DNA of 35,022 nt from Oscillospiraceae bacterium (GTDB lineage Bacteria; Bacillota; Clostridia; Oscillospirales; Oscillospiraceae). Positions 15,201 through 21,729 of the stretch are shown here, in pieces; positions within the stretch are counted from its first letter, which is position 1; the number at the start of each line of letters is the position of its first letter. The notes under the pieces are model-generated. The model had not been told where the DNA came from, did not search any database, and was given only the letters and a program-made list of their open reading frames with translations. The translations under genes were made by a program, and so were the position numbers. The stretch is from NCBI GenBank assembly GCA_017400415.1, contig JAFPTE010000021.1:1-35022 (forward strand), written 5' to 3'.

Positions 15201-16496
15201 TGGACTCAGGCCAACCTGAACGGCCAGTTCGGCGGCTTCTATAACTACATGATCGAGATCAACCCCGAGCTTTCCTTCAAGCAGAACGAGGCTGTTGAGC
15301 GCGGCACCAACATCCTCACCGCTGAGTCTCACACCCAGCTGGATAAGGTCTTCGGCTCCACCGGCTACACCGTTACCGCCACCGGCCTGCCCAAGGGCGT
15401 CACCGTCGCTGCTGACGGCACCCTGTCCGGCACTCCCGCCGAGAACGGCAGCAAGCGCATCACCGTCAATGTGGCCGGCAACTACGGCCTTGCCAACATC
15501 CACGGCTCCAAGAACGCTGACCTGGTGGTCGCTGACTTCGACGAGATCCTTCTGGATACCGTTAAGCTGTCCAATGTGAATGCCAACCTTGGCACTGAGT
15601 TCTCCGCTCAGGTTGAGGGCGAGCCTGTTGCCCTTACCGAGGACAACTATGTTGCCGGCGGCAGAGCCAATGCCGACAACGTGGGCAAGTACGTCTCCAA
15701 GACCTACACCGCCTCCGGCCTGCCCGGCGGCCTGTCCATCAACAGAAACACCGGCGCAATCACCGGCACTCCCACTGAGACCGGCGTGTTCCCCGTAACC
15801 GTGGGCATCACCTACGGCAAGGTCACCCAGTCCCAGGGCCGTTCCGGCGCCAGCTACACCACCACCAACGAGGCTTATACCTCCACCTATCGCTTCACCG
15901 TTGACGGCGGCTTCAACGTAGTCTTTGACGCCAACAACGGCACCGGCGCTACCCAGAATCTGGGCATGACCGCCCCCGGCGCTCTGGGCGAGGCTCTTGA
16001 GAGCATCACCGAGCCCACCAACGGCGCTCGTCCCTTCCTGGGCTGGGCCACCAGAGCCAACGCCACTGCTGCTGATGTGGACGCCGACACCAACGTGAGC
16101 CGTGCCACCACCTTCTATGCAGTCTACGGCAATGAGCCCATCGCTATCAGCGCTGCCGGCACCTGGGTCATCAACGGTGTTGATACCGGCATCCCCGCCA
16201 CCGGTAAGGACGGCGCCGACGGTAAGGACGGCGCTCAGGGTCCTGCAGGTGAGAAGGGCGAAAAGGGTGACAAGGGCGATAAGGGCGACACTGGCGCTAC
16301 CGGTGCTGCCGGTGCCAACGGTACCAACGGTAAGGACGGTACTGCCGGCGCCAACGGCAAGGACGGCGCTGCCGGCCAGAACGGTAAGGACGGCTCCGAC
16401 GCCAACGGCACTCTGGGCACTGTGTTCGGCATCATCGGCACTGTTCTCGGCGCCGGTGCTCTGGGCTATACTGTCATCACCAAGAAGAAGAACTGA
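12255..16496 (+). CDS. Secreted, C-terminally membrane-anchored GH3 glycosidase. It is domain-permuted and carries Ig-like, Listeria-Bacteroides-repeat and collagen-like segments.
   Basis: 1413 aa. The RBS is AGGAGGAAG. The Sec signal is ...SISGTALA/GW. The GH3 alpha/beta-sandwich motifs come first (LLKNNGALPL, GGGGSGS, SRTGSEGADN, NPSGHTVDFW), then an Fn3-like domain (VEVTNTGAVSGKEVVQLY). The GH3 barrel follows (GRNFEYFSQD, KHAFMNDQE, EWGFEGYSVTDF). Two LPxG(L/V)..G.(I/L)SGTP Ig-like repeats lie at about 15350-15790. One Listeria-Bacteroides repeat lies at about 15905-16130. The (GXY)22 stretch is at 16203-16400. The TM tail GTVFGIIGTVLGAGALGYTVI is followed by KKKN. Confidence 0.9.
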   Translation: MKNTRISKVLAVAMVLAMVLSISGTALAGWSDLISPDRKFAAQFDDPDELMAYDEALNREIAAEGFTLLKNNGALPLEKNERRVTVLGLLSKSLATGGGGSGSQSRPGNGTTFKSDYPAAHASTIFDALEEAGFTVNPRVRARYDATRVPTQSAGGMGGANPYENGHYMVEAADGIVEFNGKKYNPITDGTGTLSGADDNLGVYGDAAVIVISRTGSEGADNLSHDVAGHSDPTDHYSSLNDSEFELLAYAKANFSKVVVILNTPAVMEVGALEDDEGIDAVLWIGQPGYNGVMAVGDILTGKVNPSGHTVDFWMRDFETDPTWYNFGNYAGANYALNGEFGNAGNAPGMNKAADSIYSNNEYAVDYAEGIFMGYRYYETVAAELGDKGEEWYKANVVYPFGFGLSYSSFSQKILGVDGSVDDKDGTLTVKVEVTNTGAVSGKEVVQLYNTAPYTKGGIDKAAVALVGFGKTSVLNPGASEVVEITINVKDLASFDYNDRNGNGFCGYELEAGNYVLSVRKNSHEAYDSTTLRVRNAAQWDEDGNPDTPNNIFSQGLDSAWGQFNTLSNTWTQSHTEHYLHRDMLVTDGQVYDLKQLSWLLTDDNLFTEEAMGVLQTRTRFYSFEDHDNLKTAAVEQDYVNVWTKTKDDIPANWTQGTGVIDEKTGMYAITLGDMIGVPYDDPKWDEFLNQLTWDEMMANVRSGRYNTVGAASVGRYQVTDQDGPGQLRVAGDWAWACEVVMAATWNTELAYKYGEAVGNASIMGNINGWYGPAMDTHRNPLAGRNFEYFSQDGVQGGYIAAAVVKGATDKGVHVYIKHAFMNDQETSRMNGSTFVTEQAIREIYAKVFEICTKLGNANGFMSSFMRIGLETSASYAINIQLYRNEWGFEGYSVTDFYSANGPGWQGNQLVRGNTIPLGTYNNSAAGNGSGLDGQWDAEKKMVTVPAYDAELNDGAGGPSETVREDSPTLWFWTRDLTKNIMWTQANLNGQFGGFYNYMIEINPELSFKQNEAVERGTNILTAESHTQLDKVFGSTGYTVTATGLPKGVTVAADGTLSGTPAENGSKRITVNVAGNYGLANIHGSKNADLVVADFDEILLDTVKLSNVNANLGTEFSAQVEGEPVALTEDNYVAGGRANADNVGKYVSKTYTASGLPGGLSINRNTGAITGTPTETGVFPVTVGITYGKVTQSQGRSGASYTTTNEAYTSTYRFTVDGGFNVVFDANNGTGATQNLGMTAPGALGEALESITEPTNGARPFLGWATRANATAADVDADTNVSRATTFYAVYGNEPIAISAAGTWVINGVDTGIPATGKDGADGKDGAQGPAGEKGEKGDKGDKGDTGATGAAGANGTNGKDGTAGANGKDGAAGQNGKDGSDANGTLGTVFGIIGTVLGAGALGYTVITKKKN
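16203..16400 (+). repeat. Collagen-like (Gly-X-Y)22 coding repeat inside the GH3 gene
   Basis: There are 22 uninterrupted GXY triplets: GKDGADGKDGAQGPAGEKGEKGDKGDKGDTGATGAAGANGTNGKDGTAGANGKDGAAGQNGKDGSD. The 12-mer GG(T/C)AAGGACGG(C/T) recurs at 16203, 16221, 16329, 16356 and 16383. Confidence 0.85.
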
Positions 16497-16532
16497 TAAA
16501 CCTGAACGCATAGCGTTCCGGTAAAGTCCGAA

Positions 16533-16568
16533 AACGGCTTCGGCGGACGCAAGTTTGCCGAAGCCGTT
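16533..16568 (+). other. Intercistronic stem-loop without a U-tract, between GH3-1 and the lipoprotein gene
   Basis: There is a perfect 12-bp stem, AACGGCTTCGGC (16533-16544) with GCCGAAGCCGTT (16557-16568), and a 12-nt loop. It is followed by AATTGTACC, which is not T-rich, so it is more likely an mRNA stabiliser or partial terminator than a full terminator. Confidence 0.5.
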
Positions 16569-16605
16569 AATTGTACCGTTCAAATTTAGCATGAGGAGAG
16601 ATTTG

Positions 16606-18225
16606 ATGAAAAAGCTGAAAACAGCGGTTTTGCTTCTCCTTGCAATCTGCCTTTTAGCCGGCCTCTGCGCCTGCAACAATAATAAGCCCGCTGAGGGGAA
16701 CACCCCCTCCGGCGGAAGTGCCTATGTGGCAGACGGCAACACAGTAAAACTTGAGTACGGCGACGGCGTGAGCCGTCCCCACACCGTGATCGTAGCCGAG
16801 GGGAGCACCATGGCGGAGCCTGCAAAGCCCCTGCGTAAGGGCTACGACTTTGCCGGCTGGAGCGAGACCGAAGGAGGCAGCAAGGTTTCCTTCCCCTACA
16901 GCCCCAAGTCCGGCGCCACCACCCTGTATGCAAACTGGGAGAGCGAGAAGTTCACCGTCACCTTCGACTGGAACGACGGCGTCACCGCTCCCGTAACCCT
17001 GACAAAGGAATATAACGGCACCCTGACCGCCGCCGAGGTACCTGCAAACTCCCCGGAGCGTCAGAACTACGTTTTCCGTTACTTTACCGCCTCAAAGGAC
17101 AGCGCCGATGAGGCAGTGTTCCCGGTGACCGTAAAGGCCAACACCACGTATTACGGCTACTGGATAGATGCAGCCAAGAAGATCTACACGGTATCCTTCA
17201 GCCTGGGCTATGAGGGCCAGGCCCCGGAGACCATCGAGGTAGATGAGGGCGAGAGCATCACCAAGCGGCAGGTAGCCGACCCGACCAGGGATAACTACAG
17301 CTTCGTCGGCTGGAGCGAGACCGAGGGCGGCGAGGCCATCACCTTCCCGTACACACCTGCAGGGGACGTGACCCTTCACGCCATCTGGCAGCGGCCCACC
17401 TTCCGTCTTGTGTTCCGCAACGAGTATCCCGGCGCCCCCTCCTCCAGAATCAACTTCAAGACCATGGACGTTGAGGCCGGCGACGCAGTGGAGAAGCCCG
17501 CAGATGAGCCCACCAGAAGCGGCTACATCTTTGAGGGCTGGTTCACCACCTCCAGCGGCGGCGAGATGATCCAGTGGCCTCTGACCGTGACCAAGATCAC
17601 CTCCGTTTACGCCCACTGGAAGCATGAGCCTGTGGAGACGGATATCTTCCAGGCAGAGTACGTATACCTTGACGCCACGGAGAAGTTCCCGGGCTACTCC
17701 GGCGAGGCTACCGGCAAGGGCATCATCTCCTCCCAGACCACGGAAGTTGGCCTGACGGTGGATGAGAGCCTGGCAGCGGCCAAGCGTACCGGCTACTATG
17801 TGACCTATCTGTACAAGCCCGACGCCACCCTGACCTTCGTCATCAACTCCGACAAGGCGGTCTCCGGCGTGACCCTGAAGGCGGTCATGAGCGTTGAGAT
17901 GCAGGCCAGCTGGGAGTTCAAGCCCACCGGCGACAGCGCCTACAGAGTAGTGGTGAACGGCAAGGATCTGGAATACGGCACCATCGGCTTCTACGGCAAT
18001 CCGGCAGAGTCCTCCACCAACTACAAGGCCCCGTTCACGGAGTTCACTCTGGGCACCATCGACCTTGTGGCCGGCGAGAACACCATCCAGCTTATCACAG
18101 CCAACTCCAACTCGGCCTTCGGCGGCACCATGAGAGCCGTTGCACCTATGGTGGACTGCATCAAGCTTGAAAACCACGGCGACGCCAAGCTGAGCTGGGC
18201 GCCGGTGTACGACAACTTGCCGTAA
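16606..18225 (+). CDS. Surface lipoprotein with four Listeria-Bacteroides (Flg_new-type) repeats and a C-terminal CBM-like beta-sandwich domain
   Basis: The ATG at 16606 follows AGGAGAG (16594-16600). The signal MKKLKTAVLLLLAICLLAGLCAC has the lipobox-like LCA/C. Four repeats have the signature G(Y)xFxGW...GG..(I/V).FP(Y/L)..: GYDFAGWSETEGGSKVSFPY, YVFRYFTAS, YSFVGWSETEGGEAITFPY and GYIFEGWFTTSSGGEMIQWPL. The C-terminal roughly 190 aa (IFQAEYVYLD...VDCIKLEN) resembles CBM6/35-like modules. That last assignment is tentative. Confidence 0.85.
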   Translation: MKKLKTAVLLLLAICLLAGLCACNNNKPAEGNTPSGGSAYVADGNTVKLEYGDGVSRPHTVIVAEGSTMAEPAKPLRKGYDFAGWSETEGGSKVSFPYSPKSGATTLYANWESEKFTVTFDWNDGVTAPVTLTKEYNGTLTAAEVPANSPERQNYVFRYFTASKDSADEAVFPVTVKANTTYYGYWIDAAKKIYTVSFSLGYEGQAPETIEVDEGESITKRQVADPTRDNYSFVGWSETEGGEAITFPYTPAGDVTLHAIWQRPTFRLVFRNEYPGAPSSRINFKTMDVEAGDAVEKPADEPTRSGYIFEGWFTTSSGGEMIQWPLTVTKITSVYAHWKHEPVETDIFQAEYVYLDATEKFPGYSGEATGKGIISSQTTEVGLTVDESLAAAKRTGYYVTYLYKPDATLTFVINSDKAVSGVTLKAVMSVEMQASWEFKPTGDSAYRVVVNGKDLEYGTIGFYGNPAESSTNYKAPFTEFTLGTIDLVAGENTIQLITANSNSAFGGTMRAVAPMVDCIKLENHGDAKLSWAPVYDNLP

Positions 18226-18238
18226 GGAGGGAGACAGA

Positions 18239-21232
18239 ATGAGCTTTTTCAAAATGAAAGGCACCAAGCTGTGGGCCGTAGTGTCCATAATCCTGGTAGC
18301 TGTCTTCGCCACAGCAACGGTGCTTGTAAACACCACCTTTGAGAGCATAATCAGCACGGTTCTGGGAGGCCCTGTGCCGATCCTGGACGACAGCGTTACG
18401 GCCACCTACGTGTCGGACTACAACTCCAAGGAGGAGAGCACGGAGGCAGGCAACAAGCTGAACGTGAAGATAGAGGAGGAGGGCGCAGTCCTGCTTGTGA
18501 ACGAGGATAAGGCCCTGCCTCTGGCCTCCGGCGCCAAGGTCAGCGTGTTCGGCAAGAACTCCGTTGACCTGGTTCTGGGCGGCAGCGGCTCCGGCGGCAT
18601 CTCCGGAGTTCAGGCGGCGACCCTGTTTGACGGGCTGACCTCCGCCGGCATCAGCTACAACCCCACCCTGAAGGCCTTTTACGAGAGCAGCGCCTCCGGG
18701 GCCGGCAGGTCCGACAGCCCGTCCCTGGGCACCGGCTCCTCATCCGCCCCCACTCTTGCCATCGGCGAGACCCCGGTGGGCAGCTACGGAGCAGACGTAA
18801 TCAGCTCCTTCGGCGACTACCATGACGCCGCCATCGTGGTGTTCTCCCGCATGGGCGGCGAGAGCTGGGACCTGCCCCGCTTCCAGGACACCACCGCCGG
18901 CGGCAGACAGGGCGCCCATTACCTGCAGCTGGACGAGAACGAGTACGCCCTCCTGGATATGGTCACCAGCCGCTTCGATAAGGTAATCGTGCTGCTGAAC
19001 ACCCTGACCAGCTTCCAGTGCGACTTCATCCGTGAGTACAACAACACCGCCACGGATAAGCGCATCGACGCCGTCATGTGGATCGGCGGCCCCGGCGCCA
19101 CCGGCGCAGAGGCCATCGGCCGGCTCCTCTCCGGCGCAGTGAATCCCTCCGGCAGGACTACGGACCTGTATTCCAGGGACTTCACCAAGGATCCCACCTG
19201 GCAGAACTTCGGCGACAACAGCCAGACCAACGGGGGTCTTGACGCCTCCGCCTACCTGGAGAATGGCTCCCAGGTGGCCGGCCAGTTCATGGTGGCCTAC
19301 GAGGAGGGCATCTACCTGGGCTACCGGTATTACGAGACCAGAGGCTATGAGGAAGAGGCCAAGGACGCAGACAGCACCTGGTATGCGGACAACGTGATCT
19401 TCCCCTTCGGCTACGGCCTTTCCTACACTACCTTTGACCAGAAGATCGACGGCGTGACGGGCTCCCTGTCCGGCAAGAACGGCTCCGTCACCGTAAAGAT
19501 AACCTCCACCAACACGGGCTCCGTGGCGGGCAAGGACGTTATCGAGCTTTACGTGACCGCACCGTATTACCAGGGCGGCATTGAGAAGAGCTACAAGAAG
19601 CTCATCGACTTTGCCAAGACCCCGGAGCTGAAGCCCGGCGAGAGCTACACCGCCACCTTCACGGTGAGCACCTACGACCTGGCCAGCTACGACTACAACG
19701 ACGCCAACGCCAACGGCTTTGCAGGCTACGAGACCGAGCACGGCGACTATTGCTTCTGGGCCGGCAAAAACAGCCACGAGAGCTACGACAGCACGGTTGT
19801 GACCATGTCCTCTGACGTGCGCTTTGAGACCGACCCGGTCACCGGTGCAAAGGTTGAGAACGAGTACACCAGAAGCGACTTCTTCGACCTGCAGTACCGT
19901 CTTGCGGACGTGGCAGTGGAGCTTCCGGACGGCAGCTCCGTCACCCGGAAGGGCATGAGCCGCACGGACTTTGAGGGCACCTTCCCGAAGGCCTACACGG
20001 ACGCTGAGCGTGAGGTCATGACCAGCACCGACACCGGCGAGACCGAGAAGGACTTCCTTTCCAACCAGAACCACAACAACACCTGGGCGGACAGCACCAC
20101 GGCCGTACCCACAACTGGCGCCTCCGGCACCATCGTGCTGAGGGACCTGCAGGGCAAGGCCTATGACGACCCGGCCTGGGAGACCCTTCTGGACAGACTG
20201 ACCTTCAATGAGATGGTGGCCCTGGTGAACAACGGTGCCTTCCAGACGGAGGCCATTGAGTCTATCGAGAAGAACCTGACCAACGACTCCGACGGACCTA
20301 TCGGCTTTGTTAACTTCATGCCCGGCATGAGCGAGCGGTACAAGGGCAACACCACCTTCGCCTGCGAGATAGTCATCGCCTCCACCTGGAACAAGGATCT
20401 GGCCTATCAGATGGGCAAGATAGTGGGCGAGAACGGCCTTTACGGCGACAGCGTGAACAACCTGCCGTACTCCGGCTGGTACGCCCCCGCAGTTAACCTG
20501 CACAGGAGCCCCTTCTCCGGCAGAAACTTCGAGTATTACTCTGAGGATCCCATCCTGTCCGGCAGGCTGGCAGTGAACGTTATCAACGGCGCCATGAGCA
20601 AGGGCGTATATGCGGACCTGAAGCACTTCGCCGTGAACGACCAGGAGACCAACCGCAGCGGCGTGTCCACCTTCCTGACGGAGCAGGCCCTCAGAGAGAT
20701 GTACCTGAAGCCCTTCGAGATGGGCGTAAAGGGCATGGATAACCCCGAGGAGGTAGCCACCGCCAAGGCAGACGGCCTTACTTCCTACAAGGGCACCACG
20801 GGCATCATGAGCTCCTTCAACCGTATCGGCACCCGGTGGACCGGCGGCGACTACCGCCTGTGCACGGAGATACTGAGAGGGGAGTGGGGCTTCAACGGCC
20901 TTGTGATCTGCGACTACAAGACGGACAACAGCTTCATGAACAGCCGCCAGATGCTGTATGCAGGCAACGACCTGATACTGGCCTCCCTGGAGCCTCTGAA
21001 GTGGACTGACCCCAGCGCCACCAGCGCACCGGACGTGGCCGTTCTGCGGAACGCCAGCCATAACATCCTGTACACCGTGGCCAACTCCAACTCCGTCAAC
21101 GCCAAGGTCATCGGTTACCGTGCCCCCTGGTGGAAGACCCTGTTCATCGTTCTGGACGTGCTGGTGGTTGCCGGCATCGCCCTCTGGGCCTTCCTTCTCA
21201 TCAAGCGCGGCAAGAAACAGCAGGCCAAGTAA
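18239..21232 (+). CDS. Second domain-permuted GH3 glycosidase, with an N-terminal signal-anchor and a C-terminal TM segment
   Basis: 997 aa. The RBS GGAGGGAG lies immediately after the upstream stop. The N-terminal TM is LWAVVSIILVAVFATATVLV. The order matches GH3-1: LLVNEDKALPL, LGGSGSGG, SRMGGESWD, NPSGRTTDLY, Fn3-like VKITSTNTGSVAGKDVIELY, then GRNFEYYSEDP, KHFAVNDQE and EWGFNGLVICDY. The C-terminal TM is LFIVLDVLVVAGIALWAFLLI followed by KRGKKQQAK. Confidence 0.9.
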   Translation: MSFFKMKGTKLWAVVSIILVAVFATATVLVNTTFESIISTVLGGPVPILDDSVTATYVSDYNSKEESTEAGNKLNVKIEEEGAVLLVNEDKALPLASGAKVSVFGKNSVDLVLGGSGSGGISGVQAATLFDGLTSAGISYNPTLKAFYESSASGAGRSDSPSLGTGSSSAPTLAIGETPVGSYGADVISSFGDYHDAAIVVFSRMGGESWDLPRFQDTTAGGRQGAHYLQLDENEYALLDMVTSRFDKVIVLLNTLTSFQCDFIREYNNTATDKRIDAVMWIGGPGATGAEAIGRLLSGAVNPSGRTTDLYSRDFTKDPTWQNFGDNSQTNGGLDASAYLENGSQVAGQFMVAYEEGIYLGYRYYETRGYEEEAKDADSTWYADNVIFPFGYGLSYTTFDQKIDGVTGSLSGKNGSVTVKITSTNTGSVAGKDVIELYVTAPYYQGGIEKSYKKLIDFAKTPELKPGESYTATFTVSTYDLASYDYNDANANGFAGYETEHGDYCFWAGKNSHESYDSTVVTMSSDVRFETDPVTGAKVENEYTRSDFFDLQYRLADVAVELPDGSSVTRKGMSRTDFEGTFPKAYTDAEREVMTSTDTGETEKDFLSNQNHNNTWADSTTAVPTTGASGTIVLRDLQGKAYDDPAWETLLDRLTFNEMVALVNNGAFQTEAIESIEKNLTNDSDGPIGFVNFMPGMSERYKGNTTFACEIVIASTWNKDLAYQMGKIVGENGLYGDSVNNLPYSGWYAPAVNLHRSPFSGRNFEYYSEDPILSGRLAVNVINGAMSKGVYADLKHFAVNDQETNRSGVSTFLTEQALREMYLKPFEMGVKGMDNPEEVATAKADGLTSYKGTTGIMSSFNRIGTRWTGGDYRLCTEILRGEWGFNGLVICDYKTDNSFMNSRQMLYAGNDLILASLEPLKWTDPSATSAPDVAVLRNASHNILYTVANSNSVNAKVIGYRAPWWKTLFIVLDVLVVAGIALWAFLLIKRGKKQQAK

Positions 21233-21254
21233 TTCCAAAAATAGTTTAATCCAC

Positions 21255-21290
21255 AATCCGGACAGGGGAGACCCTGTCCGGATTTATTGT
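21255..21290 (+). terminator. Intrinsic terminator of the GH3 operon (hairpin copy A1)
   Basis: There is a 13-bp stem, AATCCGGACAGGG (21255-21267), GAGA loop, CCCTGTCCGGATT (21272-21284), then a TATTGT T-rich tail. Confidence 0.7.
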
Positions 21291-21448
21291 GTTGACGATG
21301 TCAACACAATTCAAATGAAAGCAGCAGGGCCGCTTTCATTTGAGGCTCGCACTCCATCGCCTCGGCTTCGCCTCGTTGGTCGGTGCGAGGGCGGCGCTGT
21401 GCGACCGCCTAAAGGTGTTTTTGCCGGGGCAAAGCTCCGCCAAAAACA
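21286..21448 (+). repeat. Cassette of consecutive perfect hairpins (REP/MITE-like or structured RNA) between the two copies of the terminator hairpin
   Basis: ATTGTGTTGAC-GAT-GTCAACACAAT is at 21286-21310. TCAAATGAAAGC-9nt-GCTTTCATTTGA is at 21311-21343. CTCGCAC...GTGCGAG is at 21346-21389. TGTTTTTGCCGGGG-CAAAG-CTCCGCCAAAAACA is at 21415-21448, with one C.C mismatch and one G.U pair. Confidence 0.4.
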
Positions 21449-21468
21449 ATAGTAATTTGTTGATGCGT

Positions 21469-21505
21469 ATCCGGGCAGGGGAGACCCTGTCCGGATTATC
21501 TTTTT
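21469..21505 (+). terminator. Second copy (A2) of the terminator hairpin
   Basis: ATCCGGGCAGGG-GAGA-CCCTGTCCGGAT (21469-21496) differs from A1 by one A-to-G change, giving a G.U pair. It is followed by TATCTTTTTG. Confidence 0.5.
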
Positions 21506-21540
21506 GTGGATAAAAATATGCATTATTTTGCCTTTCTTCC

Positions 21541-21569
21541 TTGCAATTTATTGCAACCCATGGTAAGAT
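21541..21569 (+). promoter_or_regulatory. Putative sigma-A promoter for the sORF / dockerin protein / DIP1984 operon
   Basis: TTGCAA (21541-21546), a 17-nt spacer, then extended -10 TGgTAAGAT (hexamer 21564-21569). The -35 is part of a TTGCAAtttaTTGCAA tandem of a palindromic hexamer. Confidence 0.45.
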
Positions 21570-21627
21570 AAACACATAGTGGGAGAGATTAAACATCTAC
21601 GCTTTCATAAATCAAGGAGGTATTAAT

Positions 21628-21702
21628 ATGAAGCTGAGACGTTTAGTTATGCTTTTTGCGGCCGGATATGGTATTATCTGTATATCGAAATGTACAGCCT
21701 AA
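21628..21702 (+). CDS. Small ORF (24 codons): hydrophobic, Cys-containing peptide MKLRRLVMLFAAGYGIICISKCTA
   Basis: It is below the ORF-track length cut-off. The ATG at 21628 lies 6 nt after a strong SD, AAGGAGGT (21614-21621). The TAA is at 21700-21702, 27 nt before the next gene's ATG. There is no homology evidence. Confidence 0.4.
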   Translation: MKLRRLVMLFAAGYGIICISKCTA

Positions 21703-21729
21703 GCATTGATTTGCCGGGAGGTCAAACGT

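Noticed and set aside
16203-16400. Periodic DNA repeats, considered as a possible CRISPR or tandem non-coding repeat.
   Set aside because: The period is 9 nt, in frame inside a long ORF, and encodes Gly-X-Y. There is no spacer/repeat structure and there are no cas genes.
12189-16703. A 1504-aa ORF on the minus strand, antisense to GH3-1.
   Set aside because: Its translation is low-complexity Gly/Ala/Val/Leu/Asp/His-rich sequence with no recognisable domain, SD or promoter. It mirrors a well-supported GH3 gene. Long open antisense frames are expected with strong GC3 bias.
18740-21256. An 838-aa ORF on the minus strand, antisense to GH3-2.
   Set aside because: It has the same compositional artefact, with no motifs. 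The sense strand carries clear GH3 signatures.
21255-21496. A possible invertible promoter (inverton), because the two flanking hairpins are near-palindromes and thus also inverted repeats of each other.
   Set aside because: The copies match better as direct repeats (27/28) than as inverted repeats. No promoter is evident inside the segment, and no recombinase gene is nearby.
21311-21596. Minus-strand ORFs of 70 and 86 aa (21311-21523, 21336-21596), and the plus-strand ORF at 21120-21452, across the hairpin cassette.
   Set aside because: They run through consecutive perfect stem-loops and terminator copies. They lack an SD and have Pro/Arg/Ser-rich junk-like translations.
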